NCBI GenBank assembly: GCA_946555345.1 | Contig: CAMNSS010000003.1 | Coordinates: 8,080 to 72,079, forward strand | DNA from: an uncultured Eubacterium sp. | Lineage (GTDB): Bacteria; Bacillota; Clostridia; Peptostreptococcales; Anaerovoracaceae | Direction of reading: 5' to 3' | Length of the DNA stretch: 64,000 bases | In this document: positions 30,923 through 40,078 of the stretch, piece by piece | Numbering within the stretch: the stretch's first letter is position 1 | Layout of the letters: every line of letters begins with the position of its first letter | Made by a program: the position numbers and the translations under genes | Notes under the pieces: generated by a model | The model's database searches: none | What the model was told of the DNA's origin: nothing | Seen by the model: only the letters and a program-made list of their open reading frames with translations

Positions 30923-31234
30923 TCACTGATTTTCCCTGTTTATTTCATTTAATATAGCTTCTGAAAAATTTCTGTCGCACACCGCGAATACGCTCCGCCC
31001 TTGCGAGCCTATCGCATGTGACATTTCTTCGCCGTTTCCGTATTTCACATATCTGGCGCCATGCCGCCTGATTTCCTTCATGATCTTCTTTTCGCTGTTT
31101 TCGGAAATGTCCTCCGCCAATATCACTAAGCGCACCTTTCCTTTCTTCAGTGCAAAGGTGCAGGTATTGACGCCCGCCATAAGGTTTCCTGATTTTTTGG
31201 CAAATCCCAGATAGCTAATCACTTTCTTGTTCAT
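30923..31234 (-). CDS. ylxQ: L7Ae/YlxQ-like RNA-binding protein
   Basis: LGFAKKSG..., LAED-SEN, AIG motif; position before infB. Confidence 0.88.
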   Translation of the reverse strand: MNKKVISYLGFAKKSGNLMAGVNTCTFALKKGKVRLVILAEDISENSEKKIMKEIRRHGARYVKYGNGEEMSHAIGSQGRSVFAVCDRNFSEAILNEINRENQ

Positions 31235-31499
31235 ATTGCTCCAATTCTGCAAATATCTTTTCTATCGTTTCAGCCGGTATTTCCATCTCAAAGTTTCTTT
31301 GCAACGCGCGCTTTTTGCGCGCTTTTTCCATGCACTTCCGATCCGGGCAAAGGTATACGCCCCTTCCCTTCGCCTTTCCGGTAGGGTCAACGCTGATATT
31401 CCCTTCATAGCATGTAATCCGGACCAGGCTGTTCTTCGGTTTTGACTCCATGCATCCCACGCATCTTCTCATCGGCGTTTTTTTATTCTTCAATGCCAT
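31215..31499 (-). CDS. ylxR: YlxR/RnpM family nucleic-acid-binding protein
   Basis: PMRRCVGC...DPTGKAKGRGVYLC. Confidence 0.92.
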   Translation of the reverse strand: MALKNKKTPMRRCVGCMESKPKNSLVRITCYEGNISVDPTGKAKGRGVYLCPDRKCMEKARKKRALQRNFEMEIPAETIEKIFAELEQYEQESD

Positions 31500-32928
31500 C
31501 GCCCCTGTCTTCTGCATCCGGTGCGGAATGTTCTTCTGCGAAAGCCTCGTCTGCAAGGGATGCTTCCGCCGCTTCTTGCACGGGTTCTTCCATCGTCTCT
31601 TCAAGAGTTTCTTCCAATGCGTTTTCTGGTTCTGCCGCTTCCCCTTCCGCCAGGACATCTTCGGAAGTTTCCGCATCCTCAAACGATTCTTCTTCAAAAT
31701 CATCCTCGGAGGAATCCTCTTCCATCATCCCTTCCTGTGCTTCTTCAAAAGGTTCTTCTGCAAAATCGCCCTCTTCCGCAAAATCATCTTCTTCAAATGC
31801 ATCCTCATCAAACGCCTCGCCTGCATATGCGATGCCATCCTCTTCGTACTCGCCAGCTTCATCAAGGCGTTCAATTTCCACCGCATCTTCCTCGTCAAAA
31901 TACTTCGTATGGCTTTTGATATCGATTTTCCAGCCGCAAAGCCTGGCCGCAAGCCTTACGTTCTGCCCTTCCTTGCCGATTGCCAAAGATAGCTGGTAAT
32001 CAGGAACGACAACCGTTGCAGACCTGCTTTCTTCATCGATGATCACTTCCTCAACCTTCGCCGGGCTCAATACGTTCTTAATCAGCACGGCCGGGTCTTC
32101 ATCCCAGGTCGTAATATCTATTTTTTCGCCAAACAATTCATCCACGATGTTCTTGACCCGGGAGCCGCCGGTACCGACGCACGCACCCACGGGATCTACA
32201 TTCTCATCATCGGTATATACCGCAATTTTCGTTCTCGATCCAGCTTCCCTGGCAATGCTCCTGATTTCCACAGTGCCATCCTCGATTTCAGGGACTTCCA
32301 GCTCGAACAACCGCTCCACAAAACCGGGGTGCGTCCTGGAGAGGAATACCTGCGGGCCTTTTGCGCTCTTCCTCACGTCCATAATATAAGCCTTGATCCG
32401 GTCGTTCACCCGATAGCGTTCGCCATACGCCCGCTCGCCCGCTACCAAAATGCCTTCCGTATTTCCCATGTTGACAAAAATCGTTTCGTTGCTGATGCGC
32501 TGCACCACGCCCGTAATGAGATCGCCCTGCCTGTCAATGTAATTATCGAATATCATGCCGCGCTCCGCTTCCCTGATGCGCTGCACCACGACTTGTTTCG
32601 CCGTCTGCGCTGCGATCCGCCCGAAATCCTTCGGCGTCACCTGGTATTCCACCACGTCGCCCACCTGGTATCTCGGATCGATTTCAAGCGCCTCCGCAAG
32701 GGAAATCTCGGTAAACGGATCTTCTGCCTCTTCCACGACATCCCTTCTCATCAGGACATCGACATCCCCCTCCTCCTTGTCAATGCTTACCCTTACATTC
32801 TGGGAGGTTCCGTAATTTTTCTTATAGGCAGAAACCAGCGCCGATTCGATCGCTTCAATCAGGACTTCCTTGGAAATTCCTTTTTCCTTCACTAAATCGT
32901 CAATCGCAGCAATAAACTCTTTATTCAT
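31483..32928 (-). CDS. nusA: Transcription termination factor NusA with long acidic C-terminal tail
   Basis: FGRIAAQTAKQV, AREAGSRTKIAV, LSLAIGKEGQNVRLAA. Confidence 0.97.
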   Translation of the reverse strand: MNKEFIAAIDDLVKEKGISKEVLIEAIESALVSAYKKNYGTSQNVRVSIDKEEGDVDVLMRRDVVEEAEDPFTEISLAEALEIDPRYQVGDVVEYQVTPKDFGRIAAQTAKQVVVQRIREAERGMIFDNYIDRQGDLITGVVQRISNETIFVNMGNTEGILVAGERAYGERYRVNDRIKAYIMDVRKSAKGPQVFLSRTHPGFVERLFELEVPEIEDGTVEIRSIAREAGSRTKIAVYTDDENVDPVGACVGTGGSRVKNIVDELFGEKIDITTWDEDPAVLIKNVLSPAKVEEVIIDEESRSATVVVPDYQLSLAIGKEGQNVRLAARLCGWKIDIKSHTKYFDEEDAVEIERLDEAGEYEEDGIAYAGEAFDEDAFEEDDFAEEGDFAEEPFEEAQEGMMEEDSSEDDFEEESFEDAETSEDVLAEGEAAEPENALEETLEETMEEPVQEAAEASLADEAFAEEHSAPDAEDRGDGIEE

Positions 32929-32949
32929 TTTATTCCATATCCTCCTAAT

Positions 32950-33423
32950 TTAGAAAATAACAGCCAAATTCGCCTTGGCGATTTCTGATAATTGCAGTTC
33001 CCATGTCTTCCCATCGTGATCGGTGACGGTAACCTGTCCGCCTGAAATCCCATCCAGGATTCCATGGATCTCTTTCGTCCCGTCTTTTGCCTGGTAAAGC
33101 CTGATTTCTATTTCACTGCCAGCATACCTTTCATAATGCTCCGTCCGCAGAAGCGGCCGGTCCATTCCCGGAGAGGAAACCTCAAGGTAGTAATTCTGCT
33201 CGATCGGGTCTTTCTCATCGAGCTTCTCACTGAGAAACCGGCTCACCTTCTCGCAATCCTCCGTGCTCATGTAATCATCCCCTGAAACGCGATCCACATA
33301 TACCCTTAAAAACCAGTCCTTGCCTTCCTTGACAAATTCCGTATTATAAAGTGCATAGCCTTCGTCCGTTAAAAAATCGGAAAGCAGTTCCGATACGATT
33401 TGCGTAATCTTTTTCTTCGCCAT
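32950..33423 (-). CDS. rimP: Ribosome maturation factor RimP
   Basis: LRVYVD, DCEKVSR, YYLEVSSPGMDRPL; start MAKKKI. Confidence 0.95.
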   Translation of the reverse strand: MAKKKITQIVSELLSDFLTDEGYALYNTEFVKEGKDWFLRVYVDRVSGDDYMSTEDCEKVSRFLSEKLDEKDPIEQNYYLEVSSPGMDRPLLRTEHYERYAGSEIEIRLYQAKDGTKEIHGILDGISGGQVTVTDHDGKTWELQLSEIAKANLAVIF

Positions 33424-33761
33424 ATATTTCCCCTTCATCGCGCCAGCAACCATATTGCGCCCTGCCTGGGCAGCGGCGGCTCTTTTGCCAGCAGACAATC
33501 CACGGACAATCATTCCGCAAGACCGTTTTGCCAACGGCCGTTTCACAAAGCAGCCATGCGATGAACCGCCTATGCTGCCCCGCTGGCAATCATTTCGCAA
33601 GACCGTTTTGCCAACGATTTAATATGCCGCCTTGCATCGCATTGCCTCTCCTTTTACCGAACCGGCAAAGACCGCCGCAGTGCAAAACATTTATCATTTT
33701 TATCAAAACAGCATACCCGTTTCAAGCGCAAACGCCGCCTGTTAAACTATAGGTAAGCCAT

Positions 33762-33787
33762 AAAAAGAGTGGGCTTTACCCACTCTT
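33762..33787 (-). terminator. Intrinsic terminator/attenuator in the rimP-nusA leader
   Basis: Minus strand AAGAGTGGG-TAAAG-CCCACTCTT followed by a T-run, downstream of a TTGCAA...TATGATAAT promoter-like element. Confidence 0.7.
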
Positions 33788-33959
33788 GCTAAATCACACT
33801 CGTTTTAACATATTTATATTATCATAGTTTGCAGGCTATTGCAAGGGCTAAATTCAGGAAATGCAAAGCCTTCACAGGCAGATAAACCATGCGCACCAGG
33901 GAAATACCCTAAGGCAATCCAAACCGGATTACAAATCGCCAAACAGCCTTTTCGCCCGC

Positions 33960-34256
33960 TTATTTCCCCGGCAGTTCAATCTGTGGATTTTCCTTAGAGC
34001 GGCGGTACAAGATAAAACGCCTGCCGATAGCTTGGACAAATTCCGCACCGAGGATTCCTGCGATTTCATTTGCCGCCTGCTTTGGCTGCATCTGGCTGCC
34101 TTCCTGTATCTTTACTTTGACGAGTTCCCTCGCTTCCAGCAAATTATCGATTTCCTTTATCACGTTATCGGTCAGGTCGTTCTTGCCGATGTACGCCACG
34201 GGATCGAGGTCGTGGCCCAGGCGTTTTAAATAGCTTCTCTGCTTGCTCGTTATCAT
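33960..34256 (-). CDS. yhbY: YhbY/CRM-domain RNA-binding protein
   Basis: KQRSYLK, L-P-x3-IGK, ELVKVKI, VQAIG-x-FILYR. Confidence 0.92.
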   Translation of the reverse strand: MITSKQRSYLKRLGHDLDPVAYIGKNDLTDNVIKEIDNLLEARELVKVKIQEGSQMQPKQAANEIAGILGAEFVQAIGRRFILYRRSKENPQIELPGK

Positions 34257-34286
34257 TTGGCTTTTTGTCTCCTTCCATCACTTCAC

Positions 34287-34445
34287 TTGCAAAGCAAAAC
34301 GGAGATTCCCGTTTTTTCCGTTCCTTTGCAAAACAATGCGGATTCATTTGCTTTTCCGTTCCTTTGCAAAGCAATGCGGACATCCCCGTTTTCCTGCCCT
34401 TTTGCAAAACAACGCAGATGACCCCGCTTTTCCCTGCTCCTTTGA
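34287..34445. repeat. Imperfect ~38-bp tandem repeat, about 4 copies, in the yhbY leader
   Basis: TTGCAAA(A/G)CAA..GC.GA unit starts at 34287, 34326, 34364 and 34402. Confidence 0.85.
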
Positions 34446-34446
34446 G

Positions 34447-34475
34447 ATTATACGCAAAAGAAGCGAAAAAGTAAA
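34447..34475 (-). promoter_or_regulatory. sigmaA-like promoter for yhbY
   Basis: TTTACT-N17-TATAAT. Confidence 0.6.
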
Positions 34476-34911
34476 GCCCTCTGATCTGCGGCTGGCGGCG
34501 CTAGGCAAATTTCGGTTTCGCAGCCGGTTCACACCCCTGGGGTCCAACGGCCCAACAATCCAATTTTGCCGTTCATGCGGTCCTGACCAGCTTATTTCCC
34601 TGCGATACGCCCTCGGCGGCTCCAGCCTTCCTATTGACCGCCCCAACAGCAAGCAAATTCTAATCCGCCCGTCCGGAGGCCTTTCCCCTTTTATGCGCCC
34701 GCCCCAGCTTGCAAACCCGCTGGCACAAACGCCGTCCGCAATGGCTCGGCGAAGGCACGACAGCAAACGCCACTCACATAAGCCCCAGTCATGCTCACTG
34801 CCCATATAAATGCGCCAATACAGCCGCTGTCATTGCGGCGGGGATAATTCATTCCCATCCACCCAAAAGGGGCATACAAATACGCCAACACAGCCACCGT
34901 TGCAGGCGCTA

Positions 34912-36249
34912 TCAATAATGATATTTTTTCCTGTTCGCCACAACGAATACGACGGCCAGGATAAACGCTGCGCACTCTGCGACGATAATCGCGTTCCAAA
35001 TTCCACGGACGCCTAAAAACAGCGGCAACAGCAAAACCGCGCCTGTCTCGAATACCAGCGTGCGCATGAAAGAGACAAACGCCGAGATCAGCCCGTTGTT
35101 CAGCGCAGTGAAAAATGCCGAGCTGAAAATATTGAACCCCACCAGCAAAAATGAAAACGAATAAATGCGGAATGCCGATATGGTAAGAGCCATCAGCTCT
35201 GCATCATAGCCCACGAAGAGCAGGGACATCGGCCTTGCCAAAAGCTCGGCGGCGGCAAACAAAACGACGGACAAAATCCCGATGATTTTCAAGCTTCGCA
35301 CAAAGAGATTATGTAATTCATCATGCGTCTGCGCCCCGTAATGATAGGCAAATAACGGAGCGGTCCCCATGCTGTAGCCAAAGAGCATGGAGTGAAAAAT
35401 AAAATTGACATACATCAATACGCCATACGCCGCCACGCCATTTTCACCCGCATAGCGCAGAAGCTGCATATTATATAAAACACTGACAACGGAGATTGCG
35501 ATGTTTGTCACAAATTCCGAAGAACCGTTCGTCGCCGCTTTCAAAAGCGCGTCAAATTCGATTCGCGCCCTGCCCAGTTTCAGAAGGCTCGCATTCTTCC
35601 TGCCGAAATAAACACACGGCACGATCCCGCCCACAAACTCCGAAGCAGCCGTCGCTGCGGCCGCACCCGCCACACCCCAGTGAAAGCCTGCGATAAACAA
35701 CGCATCCAAGACAATATTCGCCACGCCCGCGCCAACGGTGACGGCGAACCCCAAATGCGGCTTTTCCGCTGTCACGAAAAAGTTCTGAAACGCATACTGC
35801 AACATATAAGCAGGAACGGAAACCATGCTGATGCGGGCATAGAGAATGCAGTTATCCAAAAGCGCCCCTTGCGCGCCTAAAAGCTGCGCAATCTGCGGGA
35901 TAAAAACAAAACCTGCGAGAGCCAGGACGCTTCCGCATACGGCTGGCACATAGACGAACAGCGAAAAAAGCCGGTTCGCCGCCTCACGGTCTCCTTCGCC
36001 GAGCGTCTTTGCTACAAGGGCGCTTCCCCCTGCGCCAAAGATTCCGCCCACAGCGCCGATGATCATAATCACGGGCATGATGAAATTAATCGCCGCAAAC
36101 GCTGTCTTTCCTACGAAATTCGATACAAAAAAGCCATCTACTACGCCGTAGATAGAAGTAAAAATCGTCATGGCGACGGTCGGCAGTGCAAACTGCAGAA
36201 GGCGTTTATAATCGAAGTGATCCGAAAGCTTTATCTGTGCCTTTCCCAT
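34912..36249 (-). CDS. MATE family efflux transporter
   Basis: P-x-MIFTSIYGVVDGFFVSN, NIVLDALFI, two-fold 12-TM repeat. Confidence 0.92.
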   Translation of the reverse strand: MGKAQIKLSDHFDYKRLLQFALPTVAMTIFTSIYGVVDGFFVSNFVGKTAFAAINFIMPVIMIIGAVGGIFGAGGSALVAKTLGEGDREAANRLFSLFVYVPAVCGSVLALAGFVFIPQIAQLLGAQGALLDNCILYARISMVSVPAYMLQYAFQNFFVTAEKPHLGFAVTVGAGVANIVLDALFIAGFHWGVAGAAAATAASEFVGGIVPCVYFGRKNASLLKLGRARIEFDALLKAATNGSSEFVTNIAISVVSVLYNMQLLRYAGENGVAAYGVLMYVNFIFHSMLFGYSMGTAPLFAYHYGAQTHDELHNLFVRSLKIIGILSVVLFAAAELLARPMSLLFVGYDAELMALTISAFRIYSFSFLLVGFNIFSSAFFTALNNGLISAFVSFMRTLVFETGAVLLLPLFLGVRGIWNAIIVAECAAFILAVVFVVANRKKYHY

Positions 36250-36269
36250 AAAATCTCCCTTTTCTTTCT

Positions 36270-36704
36270 TTAAAGCTCGTTTATTTTCTCGTTGAAATCC
36301 CGCAAATACCGTCTTGACAATGCAATGTACTGTTCCAGCTCCGCCGAAGACCACGTTGCTAACGCTTCGTTTTCTATCCCAATCATCTTATCAACGGTAT
36401 CCTTGGCATACTGGACGCCTTGTTCTGTCAGGCAAACTTTCTTTCTGTTTCCGCCGATCGTTTCCAGGTATACGATACCTTCCCGCTCCAGCTTGCGCAA
36501 CGCCGAATTGACCGTCTGCTTGCTGATTCCCAGCGCCGTTATATCGCACAGCGAGCAACTTTCTCCTCGGGAGCGTATGCTGTAAAGGATCATGCATTCG
36601 CTGTCGGAAAGCCCCAGCTTGAGCGATGCTTTATGGTAAGCGGCATCCATCTCCTCGCAGATATAAGTAAAGCGCTTTAATTTTTTTGACACTAAATCCG
36701 GCAT
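36270..36704 (-). CDS. MarR family regulator
   Basis: Winged HTH SKQTVNSALRKLE...KKVCLTEQG. Confidence 0.88.
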   Translation of the reverse strand: MPDLVSKKLKRFTYICEEMDAAYHKASLKLGLSDSECMILYSIRSRGESCSLCDITALGISKQTVNSALRKLEREGIVYLETIGGNRKKVCLTEQGVQYAKDTVDKMIGIENEALATWSSAELEQYIALSRRYLRDFNEKINEL

Positions 36705-36955
36705 TGCCCGACCTCTTTTCTGTGTAGAATTTTAAAAACTGCCAACGTGCTTTTGTGAGCCTTTGCCGCTTTTATGCGCTTTCGTGCATTTTTGTCGCTT
36801 TTGTGTGCCAAAGCGTTCAGAAGCTATACGGCGGATTCGGGCCAAAATTCCAAGCCATGCAAATGCGAGCCGCCAAAACTTCCAAACAACCCGAATGCTG
36901 CCCATGGATGCTTCGTTTCCTGAAAGCGATACGAAGCCGCAACGCACCAAGCAGG

Positions 36956-37005
36956 GTACGAAATCGTACTTCATTTAGCATAGTATGATTTCGTACTTTT
37001 GTCAA
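36956..37005 (-). promoter_or_regulatory. sigmaA promoter with two palindromic operators (probable MarR sites)
   Basis: TTGACA-N17-TATGCT; GTACGAAATCGTAC (36956-69) and GTATGATTTCGTAC (36983-96). Confidence 0.7.
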
Positions 37006-37304
37006 GCCTTTCCATTGAGGAACGGGGTTCTGGCAAACAGATTTTTAACAAATAGCAAAATAAAAAAATGGCATAACCACTAAAAAAGCAGCAAATGCAT
37101 TATTTTAAGCGCTTGCTGCTTTTTTCAACAGTTTGTGCGATTCCATCTATTCCAGCGCAGCTAATCATTTCCCACAGACAGGGGAACGCCCAAAACTAGC
37201 TGCATCCGCCAGTTTCCAAGCCTCCCTCCGCCGCTTTGCATCGCGGCTGCCATCTTTTGCCGCTTTGCATCATGACTATCATGAATCTGTTTACCTGCTT
37301 ATAG

Positions 37305-39635
37305 CTACTGCAAAATGCCGCTCACCTTTTCCATGCCAGCGATTTCCTTTTCCAGCGCCTTTACAAGCTCCGCCTTCACCAGCTCTGCCGACGCTTCATA
37401 GCCTGCGATCGAAGCGCTGTAATCAGCCTCGCCCTCGCCGTAGAGCTGTGCCAATGCGTTCTGCGTCGCATCATACGTATCGTTTAAACGAACTGATTTG
37501 CCAAATCCCCACGTATCTTGCACAACGTCGCAATTTACGGATTCCAGCAGCTTTTCATAGGAATAATGGCTGTATCCGAAAGCGGTGAACTCCGTTCCGC
37601 CGCCAAGCCCTGCCATTGCTGCCAGCGTCGGGTCGTCGCCTTCATCCGTCACTTTGCCCGACTTCATGTCTTCGATTACCCTGCTGTATCCGTCAAGCGT
37701 GCTCTGCGCCGTGATATGCAGCGCCATCGTCGTATCCGAACCGATAATGCCCATCAGCTCATCCTCCATCGCGCGGAAAGCCTGCAATGTCGTTTTATTC
37801 AGCTCTGTGCCTTTTGCGATAATCGCAGACAAGTCTTCTGCGGAAGCCTCACTATGATATGCTTCTTCGTATTCCGCATTGATTTCCTGCGCTTTTTCAA
37901 GCTGTTTTGCGCCAGCCTGTTTCATCGCTTTCAGGTTTTCTTTGTACTGATCGATGAGAAGCTTCTGGTCATCGTTCAGGTACGCTTCCGTCCCTTCAAC
38001 CTGCGCTTCGAGCGTCCCGCATCTGGATGCAAAATCAAGTTCCAGGGCAGGATTCATGTCGAGGTATACCGCAAGACCGCCATAAAGGCCGATATCGTAC
38101 TGCATCAGTTCGGATGAATACGTGCTCATGTCATCGTATACGGTATGGTATCTGTCCATCATCCAATTATCGGTACTGCTCACTTCGCCTTTTTCCGGTT
38201 CTTCAAAGTCAGGACTGTTGATGATAACGGGAACGCCGTTCCTCTGGTATGAAATGCAGTCGCTCATTCCCATGTTATGGTCGTTAGCCGTTTTTACGCC
38301 ATCAGCGTAATATGAGCCGCTGAGAAGATCCTCTTCGAGGTATCCGCCGACTGCCGTATTGAACTCATAGCTTGTTTGGATCGTCCCTTCCGCCTGTCCT
38401 GATTTGATCGCAGGCATCTCGAAATTGATCAACGCCAGCGTCGTACCCTGCCATTCAGGGTGCTTTTCGGTAATCTGCTCCCATGAACCGATCGCCCAGT
38501 CGTCGGCTGCGCCGGAACGTCCCCATTCTTCGGCTGCATGCGCCACGAAATAGATATCGTTTTTCGGCTGGTAACCGGAATTGATCATCGCCTTGGCAAT
38601 GGATGCCGTCAAGGCAACTGCCGTACAGTCGTCGTTTACGCCGCCATGGTATTTGTCATAGTGGCCGCTGATGATGATCTGCTGTCCCGTGTTCTCGCTT
38701 CCTTTGATTTTTCCGACTACGTTGTATGCAGGCGTATCAAGCATGATATCGCAGGTCAGTTTAAAATCAACATCGCCGAGGGTATCCGTCTTCTCCTTTT
38801 TCATCTTGGCGAGGATTTTGCCCGCATCCTTCGGGGAAATACTGCCGCACGGAATCAAGTCTTCACAGCAGATATCCTGCACGTTGATCGTGTCGCAGTT
38901 TTTCTCGTTGTCGATGAGGTCATACATGCCGTAGCCCATCTTATCTTCCTCGTACTGATATGTAACGATTGCCGCAGCGCCATGGTAGAAAGCTTCCGTA
39001 TACGGCTGGTCGATCCAGTTTTCCGTCCACTGGTTCACCGCCGCTAAAACGATCTTTCCCTCAACGTCCACGCCTTCATACTCTTCCTGCGTTCCTGTCC
39101 CGACGTTGACGATTTCCATATTCGACCAGTCCTTGTCAATGGTCTTTTCCCGATCGCCGCTCTCGCCCTGGCTTAGATCCCGGATCGATACAGGATTGAC
39201 CTCGCCATTCGTTTTGTGGGAACCCGTCGCCTGGTAGGAAACCATGTCCTTGACCTTGATGTCCCCTACGTTCATGTAGCTTTCGCCCGTCGCCCAGCCG
39301 TCTACAATGACCTCATCCCGCGTCACATCGCTAAGGCCGATTTTTTCAAATTCCTTAGCCAGATACTCGGATGCCGCAATTTCAGAAGCGCTTCCGCCGC
39401 CCCTGTAAAGCGTGTCAACATCGTTGAGCTTCTCGTCATAAGCGAGCTTTTCCGTCATCTTTTTCGCATATTCTTCGTCTGCGGCCTCTTCGATGGCTGC
39501 GATATCGTCCGCGGCAACGCTCGTAGAGCTTTTGCTTTCGTTTCCGCACCCCGTCGCCATCGTCAGCGTCGCACCGGTCATCATACATACGGCCACACCG
39601 GCTAAAATACGCTTTTTCAAAAGTGATTTTTTCAT
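37305..39635 (-). CDS. M28 family metallopeptidase lipoprotein with PA domain
   Basis: Signal/lipobox MATGC; SGHYD, GVNDD, AAEEWG, SD, YHTVYD zinc-binding motifs. Confidence 0.85.
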   Translation of the reverse strand: MKKSLLKKRILAGVAVCMMTGATLTMATGCGNESKSSTSVAADDIAAIEEAADEEYAKKMTEKLAYDEKLNDVDTLYRGGGSASEIAASEYLAKEFEKIGLSDVTRDEVIVDGWATGESYMNVGDIKVKDMVSYQATGSHKTNGEVNPVSIRDLSQGESGDREKTIDKDWSNMEIVNVGTGTQEEYEGVDVEGKIVLAAVNQWTENWIDQPYTEAFYHGAAAIVTYQYEEDKMGYGMYDLIDNEKNCDTINVQDICCEDLIPCGSISPKDAGKILAKMKKEKTDTLGDVDFKLTCDIMLDTPAYNVVGKIKGSENTGQQIIISGHYDKYHGGVNDDCTAVALTASIAKAMINSGYQPKNDIYFVAHAAEEWGRSGAADDWAIGSWEQITEKHPEWQGTTLALINFEMPAIKSGQAEGTIQTSYEFNTAVGGYLEEDLLSGSYYADGVKTANDHNMGMSDCISYQRNGVPVIINSPDFEEPEKGEVSSTDNWMMDRYHTVYDDMSTYSSELMQYDIGLYGGLAVYLDMNPALELDFASRCGTLEAQVEGTEAYLNDDQKLLIDQYKENLKAMKQAGAKQLEKAQEINAEYEEAYHSEASAEDLSAIIAKGTELNKTTLQAFRAMEDELMGIIGSDTTMALHITAQSTLDGYSRVIEDMKSGKVTDEGDDPTLAAMAGLGGGTEFTAFGYSHYSYEKLLESVNCDVVQDTWGFGKSVRLNDTYDATQNALAQLYGEGEADYSASIAGYEASAELVKAELVKALEKEIAGMEKVSGILQ

Positions 39636-40078
39636 TGCTGGTTTCTCCTCCCTCGCATTTGTAATGGATATAATTACATAATGGTGATTCTATTACAAAT
39701 ACAAGCGATGCGGCAATGGTCCAGGTGGACTATTTATAGCGCTTTTGGGCGGCCGGCGCAAGGAATTGCAAAAAAAGCCTGTAATGCTGGTGCAGGGCAG
39801 CGCAGGGAAATAACCGCAAACTAACGCAAGAATCATCTCCACGGGCGGTCATTGCGTGATACCGCAAAGCGCAGACATCACAATGATGTGAAATGCGGAA
39901 AGCCTTGCAATGCAAAACGCTGGCATCTCCATAATGCGAAACATTGCCAGGCCGGCAGCAATAGGCTATTCATGCAAGATGGCGCAGGAAATTATTCCTG
40001 CGCCATTTTTACACTTCAATTCCTTTTGCCTTTTAAAAAACGGCTTGTCTTCTCATCCCCGTCTGCGCTTTGCATGAA

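Noticed and set aside
28261-30957. Long plus-strand ORFs of 483 and 409 aa
   Set aside because: Antisense shadows of infB with S/A/F-rich composition and no motifs.
34287-34445. CRISPR array
   Set aside because: Degenerate tandem repeats without a repeat-spacer alternation.
34344-34900. Gene between yhbY and the MATE gene
   Set aside because: Overlapping short ORFs in several frames with no consistent motif; possibly a decayed membrane-protein gene, but unsupported.
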